Source: an uncultured bacterium
GTDB lineage: Bacteria; Krumholzibacteriota; Krumholzibacteriia; Krumholzibacteriales; Krumholzibacteriaceae
Reading direction: 5' to 3'
Assembly (NCBI GenBank): GCA_965371515.1
Contig: CBDUYR010000062.1
Coordinates: 1 to 13,363, forward strand
DNA length: 13,363 nt
The notes below the pieces were generated by a model. That model did not search any database, was not told the origin of the DNA, and saw nothing but the letters and a program-made list of their open reading frames with translations. Positions 1 through 7,859 of the stretch are shown here, in pieces. A program made the translations under genes and the position numbers. Every line of letters begins with the position of its first letter. Position 1 is the stretch's first letter.

Positions 1-3
1 AAA

Positions 4-975
4 ATGGGTGAGTTCAAATTCGAGCAATTAACAGTTGGGATGTTGATCAAGCGTGAAGGCGGCATGTTCACGCCCAGCGGGCTGGGTGTATTCTATGACC
101 CGACTAAAAAGGGAGAAAAAACCAAATCTAAATCAGCTTATGGAGAATATGACGAGGAAACCATCTATGGTAAAAACAGCAGGGTCGGCGGCAAACATAA
201 ATATCCAAATGTCGACCCGATGACAGTGGCAGAGATATTTTTTGAAGCAATGAACGTAGCAGGCATTAAAGCCGAAAAGCCCGTTAAAAGGCCATTGAGG
301 TTAGAGCTTGAGGGCAATCTGGGTTATCTGGTGCGGTTCCCGACGGAAGACCTGGAGCGGGGGCGCTCAATATTTGAGTTTCTGTCGACTCTGTATTATA
401 ACCATCGGAATGTATTAACATCTTTTACCTATCTTGACAGGGCAAAGAAGAAGGATCTGGGCCAGGCTACGGTTGTAACTCTTGGACCTGATGTCAGGAC
501 ATTACACACAGAACGGTTCCAGCCGATTTACATCGGCGGCACTCAACTGCTGGACAATATAGAAGTTGATAAATCAACGCTCGCGCTCAATTTTTACGGC
601 GTGAAAAAACAGCGGCTAAAACAATTTGTGGACAATATTGAGTCCAAAACTACTATCTATTCCATGACTCTTGAAGATCTTCCGGCCGATCAAGTCGCAT
701 ACACACATTCCGTGATGTGGGACAACAAAGATCTGCCCAGAGGCTACCGGGCAAATTTAATCAGGAGGGGGCTGGTCGATTTTCAGGATAGAGATTCGGG
801 CAAACTGATCGCGTACAGTCTGTTCCCGATGGAAATGAAGACAAGGCTTGTTGAGTCGCTGGAATTATTTCAAAAAATGTCTTTTGAGCCGATCGGCCTG
901 CTGCAGAAATGCATAGAAGTAAATAAACTTATTAAACAGGTCGTGAAGGACGAATTTTCCGCCGATTTGATTTAG
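4..975 (+). CDS. Hypothetical protein (323 aa); the true start may lie upstream of the window
   Basis: Long ORF with no competing ORF, Lys-rich, visibly lower GC than the rest of the window. The frame is open from base 1 (AAA ATG). No family motif recognised. Confidence 0.75.
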   Translation: MGEFKFEQLTVGMLIKREGGMFTPSGLGVFYDPTKKGEKTKSKSAYGEYDEETIYGKNSRVGGKHKYPNVDPMTVAEIFFEAMNVAGIKAEKPVKRPLRLELEGNLGYLVRFPTEDLERGRSIFEFLSTLYYNHRNVLTSFTYLDRAKKKDLGQATVVTLGPDVRTLHTERFQPIYIGGTQLLDNIEVDKSTLALNFYGVKKQRLKQFVDNIESKTTIYSMTLEDLPADQVAYTHSVMWDNKDLPRGYRANLIRRGLVDFQDRDSGKLIAYSLFPMEMKTRLVESLELFQKMSFEPIGLLQKCIEVNKLIKQVVKDEFSADLI

Positions 976-1019
976 ACCACAAAGGTTTCTACGGATAGAA
1001 TTTTTCGGCAAGGAAAGTC

Positions 1020-2432
1020 ATCACGAAAATAATCAACCGATTATTCCGGTTTACCTGGTTTCCCCTGGCGTTTCAGCTGCTCACGCTGGGTGTGTTTATC
1101 CTCCTGATCGTCGGCGGCCTGGCCGCCAATACCAGTGATATGTCCTTTGCCATGGTGCTGCGCAACACAAACGCGGCAAACCTGATCGTCTGGTCCTACT
1201 GGTGGCCGATTATCATCCTGTCCGCGATATTTCTCGGCCGCGTCTGGTGCACGGTATGCCCCATGGAACTGGTCACATCGCTGGCTTCCAGGGTCGGGCT
1301 TAAACGGAAGCCGCCGGCTTTATTGCGTTCCGGCTGGGTGATGGCCATCTTCTATATCCTCATCCTGTTCGTCGGCATCCACATGCTGGCCATCCATCGC
1401 GTACCTTTTCGCATGGCGATCTACATGCTGATCCTGTTCGGTGCTGCCATCGTGTTCGGCCTTCTGTTCTCCCGCAACACTTTCTGCGCCCATGTCTGCC
1501 CGGTGGGTTACATGCTGGGGCTTTATGCGCGGCTCGCGCCTGTGGGTTGGGGCGTGAGCGACAAGTCTGTCTGCCTGGACTGCAAAGACCTGTCGTGCGT
1601 CTCGAAAAAGACCGCCTATGAATTCCAGGGGAGAAGCTGTGGTGTCGGGCTCAGGCCGTACGATCTTGATGACAATACCGATTGCCTCGTTTGCGGCCAG
1701 TGCCTGAAAGCCTGCGGCCGCAACAATCCGGGGCTCGACGGGCGGCCCAACCCGGGCTGGTTCCAGCGCGGATGGTTCAAGGATCTTGTGGAACTGAAGC
1801 CCATGACCGCCGCGCAGGCCTTGTTCTGTCTGGTCGTATCCGGTTTTGTCGTCTACGAGATCTTTACAGAATGGCCGGTGACGAAGGAGTTGCTGCTCCG
1901 GGCGCCGGCGATGCTGGAGCAGGCGCTCGGTGCGGGCGGCACATGGGGTGGCGGGATCGTGAGATCGATGACGCTGTTCGTGGCCCTGCCGGCGGTCTTC
2001 TGGATGCTGCCGTTTTTTACGTTCCGCCTGGCCGGCGGGAGGCTCTCGCTGAGCGACTATTCGCTCCGATTCGGCATCGCTTTCATTCCAGTCATGGCGG
2101 CCGCTCATATCGTGAAGTCGCTGTTGAAAATGACTTCGCGCATTCCTTATTGGGAATATGCCGCGGGCGATCCGGCCGGTATGGAAACTGCGCGCGGTAT
2201 CCTCGAGGAGACTGTACCGTTGGCACCGTTGCCCTTGTGGCTTGATCCTGCAATGACGTTTGTCAGCCTTGGGTTGATGGGCGCCGCTGTCGCGCTGAGT
2301 TTCCTGCTCGTATACAAGTTGATTACGGCTCACGCGGCCGAATCGGGATGGCGTTGTGTGCCACTCTACCTTATCCCGCTCCTCTACGGCGGAGCATTCA
2401 CTGCCATGCTGATTGCGTGGAGACTTTTCTGA
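1020..2432 (+). CDS. Polytopic membrane 4Fe-4S (ferredoxin-type) protein, NapH/MauN/RdxA-like
   Basis: Several hydrophobic helices and the Cys motifs GRVWCTVCP, FCAHVCPVG, CLDCKDLSC and the ferredoxin-type DCLVCGQCLKAC. The ORF track starts at GTG 1092, but the frame is open back to 999 and encodes the rest of TM1. A start at ATC 1020 is inferred from AAGGA at 1010-1014. Confidence 0.8.
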   Translation: MTKIINRLFRFTWFPLAFQLLTLGVFILLIVGGLAANTSDMSFAMVLRNTNAANLIVWSYWWPIIILSAIFLGRVWCTVCPMELVTSLASRVGLKRKPPALLRSGWVMAIFYILILFVGIHMLAIHRVPFRMAIYMLILFGAAIVFGLLFSRNTFCAHVCPVGYMLGLYARLAPVGWGVSDKSVCLDCKDLSCVSKKTAYEFQGRSCGVGLRPYDLDDNTDCLVCGQCLKACGRNNPGLDGRPNPGWFQRGWFKDLVELKPMTAAQALFCLVVSGFVVYEIFTEWPVTKELLLRAPAMLEQALGAGGTWGGGIVRSMTLFVALPAVFWMLPFFTFRLAGGRLSLSDYSLRFGIAFIPVMAAAHIVKSLLKMTSRIPYWEYAAGDPAGMETARGILEETVPLAPLPLWLDPAMTFVSLGLMGAAVALSFLLVYKLITAHAAESGWRCVPLYLIPLLYGGAFTAMLIAWRLF

Positions 2433-2508
2433 ATCACACGGGGTTGTCGCTTTGCGACCACACCAATAACCTGAATAATGGAGGCCCTTCTCAAGCGAGA
2501 GTTCAGAC

Positions 2509-3195
2509 ATGGGGTACTATTCTGAAAAGCTGGCAGGAAAACGTCTGCTGGAATGCTATGATATTGCTCCGGCGAGGGTTAAACAGTATTTAGAGGCTGA
2601 GATCCAATATGTGCTTTCCAGAACAAACCCGGAGGATTCAGTCCTGGATCTGGGATGCGGATATGGCAGGGTTGCGTGTGAGATCGCCGAGGTCGCGAAA
2701 CGTGTCGTTGGTATTGATACCGCCCCCGAAAGCCTCGAGCTTGCCAGATCTCGAATGAAAAGTGGAATGCCCTGTGAATTTCTCGAGATGGATGCAACCG
2801 CCCCTGGATTTGATGACGATGGATTCGATCTGGTCGTATGCATCCAGAATGGGATATGCGCATTCGGCGCGGATCCGTTTGTCCTGATCAAAGAAGCGAT
2901 ACGGGTCGCACGCCCGGGGGGTTCTGTTCTGTTCTCCAGCTACTCGAGCAAATTCTGGGACCACAGGCTGGAATGGTTTGAGCTTCAGGCGGAACGCGGA
3001 TTGCTCGGTGAGATCGATTACGATACAACCGGTAACGGCGTGATCGTGTGTAAGGACGGATTCCGCTCGGGAGCAATGGGGGAGGTGGAATTCAGGGAAT
3101 TGTGCGGCCGGATCGAACTGGAGCCCAATATTGTTGAAGTGGACGAGTCGAGCATATTTTATGAATTAGTCAAGCCCTGTGATGCCGTTTTATAA
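2509..3195 (+). CDS. Class I SAM-dependent methyltransferase
   Basis: Motif I VLDLGCGYG, acidic end of beta2 (VVGID), FDLVVC (motif II) and RVARPGG (motif III). Confidence 0.9.
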   Translation: MGYYSEKLAGKRLLECYDIAPARVKQYLEAEIQYVLSRTNPEDSVLDLGCGYGRVACEIAEVAKRVVGIDTAPESLELARSRMKSGMPCEFLEMDATAPGFDDDGFDLVVCIQNGICAFGADPFVLIKEAIRVARPGGSVLFSSYSSKFWDHRLEWFELQAERGLLGEIDYDTTGNGVIVCKDGFRSGAMGEVEFRELCGRIELEPNIVEVDESSIFYELVKPCDAVL

Positions 3196-3237
3196 TCCCC
3201 GTATATATCCATGCTCATACAGATCTGTCGCGTCAGC

Positions 3238-4173
3238 CTACACTTCAATCAGCGTGTAGTTGTAGCCCGCCTCGAAACCGGCGCCGCCGTCGAGGTATCT
3301 CTTTATAAACTGACCGCAGTTCGAGCCGATGTGGTTCTCCTCGAGCTCACCTATCGAGACGAGGACTTCGTAACCCGCTTCACGCAGGGGCGCGGTGACG
3401 CTCTCCGGCTCGATCCCTCCGATTATCGACGACCTGACCCCGCTGCGGTCCGCTTCGCATGTCGGGTTGACCGGCGTCAGCTTGACGAGGAACTTCTCCG
3501 GGTCGAAATGACTGAAGAGAATAGCCGCGTCGAGAGGCATCCCCTCGGCCAGGGCGAAGTTCAGCGTGATCTTCCGGCATCCATCGATGAAGAAGTCCTC
3601 GCCGTAACGGGCGATCTCCCCGAAATCCCATTTCTTTGGAGGCATGAGCCAGTCGCGCCTCCCGGTGTCTGTAGTATGGAGTGAGAACTGGAGCTGGAAA
3701 CGCCCCTTGTATATATTCCTGCCGATATCGAGCAGCCTGTCGAAGAACGCTTCCCTCCCCGCCGGGGCTATGGTCGACAGGGCAGGCATCAGTCCCGGGG
3801 CTTCGTATCGCGAGGGGAGTTCCTCGAGGACATCGAGGACCGCATCGTTCAGCGCCGGCTCGCCCATTCTGGCGAGCTGCACCTTGAACTTCGCCGCCGG
3901 CACGCGGCGATCGGGGTACCTGCGCTCGATCATGTAATCTGTCTGAAAGAGGATCTCGTCCTCGGAGAGTTTCCCACCGTATGAGCCGCCCGCATCGCAG
4001 AAGCGGCAGCCGCCAGGGCACCCGAAGAGGGTCGAGACGATCAGCACCCACTTCTCTTCGCGCGGCAGCGGCGGCTCGACCGACTCGACGAACTCGACAT
4101 GCCGGCCTCCCTCCGCTTCAGCTATATATACCTTCGCGATCTCGTCGCTACCCGTCCAGGCCCTTACCTTCAT
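3238..4173 (-). CDS. RlmN/Cfr-like (class A) radical SAM protein with no N-terminal domain and no resolving Cys
   Basis: CxxxCxxC (CPGGCRFC), ARMGEP (RlmN MGMGEP), QFSLH (RlmN AISLH), KLTPVNP and C-terminal IGSNCGQ (RlmN IDAACGQ). ATG 4173 is preceded by GGAGATAT, so it is preferred over 4200. Confidence 0.85.
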   Translation of the reverse strand: MKVRAWTGSDEIAKVYIAEAEGGRHVEFVESVEPPLPREEKWVLIVSTLFGCPGGCRFCDAGGSYGGKLSEDEILFQTDYMIERRYPDRRVPAAKFKVQLARMGEPALNDAVLDVLEELPSRYEAPGLMPALSTIAPAGREAFFDRLLDIGRNIYKGRFQLQFSLHTTDTGRRDWLMPPKKWDFGEIARYGEDFFIDGCRKITLNFALAEGMPLDAAILFSHFDPEKFLVKLTPVNPTCEADRSGVRSSIIGGIEPESVTAPLREAGYEVLVSIGELEENHIGSNCGQFIKRYLDGGAGFEAGYNYTLIEV

Positions 4174-5047
4174 ATATCTCCATTGCAGCGCGGACGCCAT
4201 CCCCGACGGCTATCGCTGTCTGCCTGTACATGCCGTTCATCACGTCCCCGGCGAACCGGAGCTTCCCTTCGTCTGCCAGATCGTCGATCATCTCCGTCAG
4301 GCCGGACAGCAGCGCGATCTCCCGCGACACCCTGCCGATTGCGGCAATAACATGATCCGCAGTCATCCTGTCAAGTGAGCCGCACCCTCCGCCGCGAAGC
4401 GCAAGGGCGAAGCGGCCTTCGTCCTCTCTCGATATTTTCTCGACCGACGCGTTCTCCAGCACTGTAACGCGCTCGCTCCCCGAGATTCGCCTCAAGAGCG
4501 CGGCGTTGCAGCGCGGTTTCTCTCCCCGCTGCATGATCACGACATCGTTTTTTTTCGACAGGGTCAGTGCATAATCGAAGGCCGCATCCCCCGCGCCGAT
4601 GATTGCCACCGACTTACCCGTGATATTTCTTATCTCACCGATCCCGTAGTCTATTCCATCCTCCGTCTGCGGGTCGTCGAACTCAACGCCGTCGAGCGGA
4701 ACGGGCCTCGTGCCAGTCGCAATGATCAGCCTCGAAAAATCGGCCCCTGTTTCGGCCTGCACCCTGAAGACGCCCGCCGCATAATCAACGGCGAGGACCT
4801 CCTCGGGGCAGACGACCGCCTCGCTCGCAGCAAGACCGGCGGCGAAGAGGGCCGCCAGCTCGGGCCCTGCTATTCCCTTCGGAAAGCCGGGATAGTTCTC
4901 GACGGTCCCGGCATTGTAGAGAAGACCGCCCGGTGTGTCCGCTTCGTATACGAACGGGTATATCTCGTACCGCGCCAGCTGCAGGGCGGCCGCTATGCCG
5001 GCCGGACCGGCGCCGATTACAGCGGTGTCGCTCTTTTTCATTTCCAT
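4148..5047 (-). CDS. Thioredoxin-reductase-fold FAD/NAD(P)H oxidoreductase lacking the redox CxxC
   Basis: IGAGPAG (FAD binding), VENYPGF, IIATG, second dinucleotide motif IIGAGDAA, AIG and FAGDV..RQTAIAVGDG. Start is ATG 5047 (GGAG 5 nt upstream) or ATG 5041 (ATGA overlap with the upstream stop). Confidence 0.88.
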   Translation of the reverse strand: MEMKKSDTAVIGAGPAGIAAALQLARYEIYPFVYEADTPGGLLYNAGTVENYPGFPKGIAGPELAALFAAGLAASEAVVCPEEVLAVDYAAGVFRVQAETGADFSRLIIATGTRPVPLDGVEFDDPQTEDGIDYGIGEIRNITGKSVAIIGAGDAAFDYALTLSKKNDVVIMQRGEKPRCNAALLRRISGSERVTVLENASVEKISREDEGRFALALRGGGCGSLDRMTADHVIAAIGRVSREIALLSGLTEMIDDLADEGKLRFAGDVMNGMYRQTAIAVGDGVRAAMEIYEGKGLDG

Positions 5048-5706
5048 TTCGTCTCCATCGTAGCGATCAGGCCTGAGCATATGGTAACAGCCGCCGCACC
5101 GTGCGAAAGATTGAGCAGCGAGGCTGCGTGGAATTCCCTGTTATATGTGGCCGTCCCGTCGGCCGGGACGAACACTGCGAATCCCCTGACAAACGCCGAC
5201 CGCGCCGTCGCCTCGACGCAGAGGTGAGTCATCACGCCCGTGACTACGACCTGTTCCGTGCCGGAATCCCGGAGGAGATCCTCCAATGCGGTCTCATAGA
5301 ATGCATCGTACTGCGTCTTGTCCACAACAGCGGTCGAGAGATCCTCGAGGGTCGGCTCGAGTGCCGCCTCGTCGCTCGCGGGCTCGAGGAGATCGTCCCA
5401 CCAGACCCCCATCATGCCGGAATCCTCAGGCGTGTTTGAATGGCGGGTCATCAGCACCGGGCGCCCCGCCTCCCTGAACACCCGGGCCAGTTCGCGCAGG
5501 GCCGGTACTATCGCCTGCGCGTCGGGCACGGTGGCGTGAGAATCCTCGTCGAGGAAGAAGGCCTGCATGTCGAGGATCAGCAGCGCCGCACGGGATATAT
5601 CGAACGCAGGGCCGCGTGCCGCCGCCTCGGGGATCAGCCTTCGGGCATTCTCCTCTATATCGCCTGGGGTGAGATACTTATGCTTCAACTCGCTCGAACG
5701 CTCCAT
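5038..5706 (-). CDS. Isochorismatase-family cysteine hydrolase (amidase-like)
   Basis: Catalytic triad motifs ALLILDMQ (Asp), DKTQYDAF (Lys) and GVMTHLCVEATAR (Cys). Starts 1 nt after the MttB stop. Confidence 0.9.
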   Translation of the reverse strand: MERSSELKHKYLTPGDIEENARRLIPEAAARGPAFDISRAALLILDMQAFFLDEDSHATVPDAQAIVPALRELARVFREAGRPVLMTRHSNTPEDSGMMGVWWDDLLEPASDEAALEPTLEDLSTAVVDKTQYDAFYETALEDLLRDSGTEQVVVTGVMTHLCVEATARSAFVRGFAVFVPADGTATYNREFHAASLLNLSHGAAAVTICSGLIATMETKWK

Positions 5707-5707
5707 A

Positions 5708-7159
5708 TCAGACGGGCAGCTTCTCGAGGCCGTACCGCTTCGCCTCGGCCTCCATCAGCCCGGTCAAGTGCTTGACGACGGCCGGGTCGAGCGCTTCGGG
5801 CTCATGGCTCGACAGGAGTTTCTCGACCCTCTCGCGCGCCCTCTGCGACGCGTCCTTCTTCCCTTTGGACCGCCACTCTTCGAGCGTGCCTCTTTCAATG
5901 ACGGGATCGGGGAAATACGCCTCCTTGCGGAACCACTTCGTCGTGTGGGGCAGCGAGAGAAACTCCTTCTTCTCGAGACCCTGCTTGATAAGCGGCATGG
6001 CGATCGGATCGTCGCGCAGTTCTATGCCCTCGGTGAGCCTCAGGGTCATCCCGCAGATCTCGTGGTCGAGGACGAGCTTCTCGAGCGACTGGCACGACTC
6101 GAAGTCGAGCATTCCCGGGCCCGAGATGTTGTTTATGCCCGAGACGGCTGCAACGATCGCTCCCATCGCTGTCTCCATGCCGGCCTGGTAGTCGACCGGC
6201 TTTGCGTCGCTAAGCGCCATGTAGGCCTGTGTCGGGACTCCGAGGTGCTTGCCTATCTCGGCGTAGGCGCCGTCTATCATCATCGTCTCGATAGCGCCCA
6301 TCGGGGTCGTCCCCTTGCGCATGTCGAAGCATGCCGGAGAGCCGCCGTAAATTATCGGCGAGCCTGCGCGGGCAAGCTGGTGTATCGTGATACCGCTGAG
6401 GCTCTCCGCGCAGTGCTGCGTGACCGCTCCTGCCAGCGTAACGGGTGATGTCGCCCCTGTAAGCGGCATCGAGATGAGCTCGGCGGGAAGCCCCGTATGT
6501 GCGCAGTCGATCAGAGCCTGGCAGGTCAGGTCGCTCCACATCAGCGGGGGCGAGGGGCAGCAGTCGAATATCGCAATCGGCTTCTCCATCAGAGTGTCGG
6601 CGCCGCCCGAGACGGTCGCGAGCATCTCGTGCATCACCTTGAACGCCTCGACCTTGAAAGTGCCCGTAACGATCGGCTTGACCGAGTTCTGCAGACCGAG
6701 GAAGACCCTGTACCTGTCGGCGATCTCCTCGGGCACATCGCCGGGGATGAGACCCGTACTCTGCGCCGCGTAGTTCGGGAGGGCGTCGGTGAGACGCGCG
6801 TACTTTATCACATCGGCCGTGACCGGCGGCCTCGCATCGTTGATCTCGGGATCGAATATCCGCAGAGCCGCGGAGCCGGGATTGAAGTGGATCCTGTCCT
6901 CGCCGAGGTCCATCGCGACCTCGCCGTGGCGGTCGTAGACGAGTATTCTCGAGGGTGCAGTCTCGAGCGCCTTCTCGACGACCGGCGAAGGTATCATCAC
7001 CCGGCCGCCCTCGACCCTGGCGCCCGCGCCTGTCAGCAACTCTATCGCCTCGTCGTTCTCGACGAAGACGCCGACCTTTTCGAGTATCTCCATCGCCTCG
7101 GCGATGATCTTCTTTCTCGTCGTCTCGTCGAACCAGGTAACGCGCGGGGTCATGCCCAT
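5708..7159 (-). CDS. mttB: Trimethylamine methyltransferase (MttB) family protein, non-pyrrolysine type
   Basis: Family motifs ILEKVGV, CPSPPLMW, TGATSPVTLAG, QLARAGSPIIYGG, FDMRKG, SDAKPVDYQAGME, GMLD and SLEKLVLD. RBS AAGGAG at 7173-7168. No in-frame TAG. Confidence 0.92.
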   Translation of the reverse strand: MGMTPRVTWFDETTRKKIIAEAMEILEKVGVFVENDEAIELLTGAGARVEGGRVMIPSPVVEKALETAPSRILVYDRHGEVAMDLGEDRIHFNPGSAALRIFDPEINDARPPVTADVIKYARLTDALPNYAAQSTGLIPGDVPEEIADRYRVFLGLQNSVKPIVTGTFKVEAFKVMHEMLATVSGGADTLMEKPIAIFDCCPSPPLMWSDLTCQALIDCAHTGLPAELISMPLTGATSPVTLAGAVTQHCAESLSGITIHQLARAGSPIIYGGSPACFDMRKGTTPMGAIETMMIDGAYAEIGKHLGVPTQAYMALSDAKPVDYQAGMETAMGAIVAAVSGINNISGPGMLDFESCQSLEKLVLDHEICGMTLRLTEGIELRDDPIAMPLIKQGLEKKEFLSLPHTTKWFRKEAYFPDPVIERGTLEEWRSKGKKDASQRARERVEKLLSSHEPEALDPAVVKHLTGLMEAEAKRYGLEKLPV

Positions 7160-7189
7160 CTCGCATGCTCCTTCCGTTTCGTCGCTTTT

Positions 7190-7849
7190 CTATTCTATAA
7201 GCCTGTACGGACAGGTCTCCATGTCGCAGTTCCTGCAGGAGCTCTCGCTGCGGAGCCTGACCGGGTCTTCCGCTATGTGCACGGCGAACGATACCGATTT
7301 GCGCGGGACCATCATGCTGCTCTCCGTGAGCGTCACGCCGATCCTGCCCGCCGGGACGAGCGCAAAGAGCGCTTTCTGCTCCTTCACATCCCAGTCACCA
7401 TATCCGGGGCTGGCCCTGCACGAGGTCTTCAGCCCCTCCGCCGCCGCGTCCTCGTCAATACGGTCGTTCGCGTAGCGGGCTGTCGCCTCTGCCGCCGCCG
7501 AGCCTATCGCGTCGAGCACTACGGCGGCGAGCATGTCCCCGTCCTTCGACAACGCCGTCACCCTCTCCTCGAGGGCCGGCCCTATCGTGCAGACGCAGAA
7601 GGCTACCTTCTCGAGTTCGGTGAACATCTCGGAGCCGGGCAGGTCGCCCCCTGCCGCGGTCACGCAGATCGCCTTCGGCACTATCAGGCCCTTCGACTCC
7701 TCGAGCGCCGCATCGAGCGCTTCGGAGATCTTTCCCGCCGCCGCAGCGGCGGGCGCCCCTATCCCCTCGCCGTTCTTCCTGCCGAGAAGCCTCGACAACT
7801 CGCCGCTGTCGGGCTCGATGTCGAATCCCTCGAGGATCACAGGTTCCAT
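7190..7849 (-). CDS. Stand-alone B12-dependent methionine synthase reactivation (AdoMet-binding) domain protein
   Basis: FCVCTIG, LDAIGSAAAE, RASPGYGDW, Q..LF and IGVTLTESSMMVPRKSVS match the MetH C-terminal activation domain. C-terminal CxxCxxxxC. Confidence 0.88.
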   Translation of the reverse strand: MEPVILEGFDIEPDSGELSRLLGRKNGEGIGAPAAAAAGKISEALDAALEESKGLIVPKAICVTAAGGDLPGSEMFTELEKVAFCVCTIGPALEERVTALSKDGDMLAAVVLDAIGSAAAEATARYANDRIDEDAAAEGLKTSCRASPGYGDWDVKEQKALFALVPAGRIGVTLTESSMMVPRKSVSFAVHIAEDPVRLRSESSCRNCDMETCPYRLIE

Positions 7850-7859
7850 CTGCCGGTTC

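Noticed and set aside
2428..2508. Small hairpin (GTCGC-TTT-GCGAC) and TCTGAA/TTCAGA inverted repeat considered as an attC site or terminator
   Set aside because: No RYYYAAC/GTTRRRY core pair, no U-tract and no integrase nearby.
3238..5047. Gene symbols rlmN/cfr and trxB
   Set aside because: Essential catalytic cysteines (RlmN C118 equivalent, TrxB CxxC) are missing, so orthology is not supported.
6210..7166. Alternative-frame ORF inside mttB ending in a TAG at the pyrrolysine-equivalent site
   Set aside because: The TAG is out of frame (it spans CTT|AGC), the MttB frame is uninterrupted, and the alternative product is low-complexity. Coincidence, not Pyl recoding.
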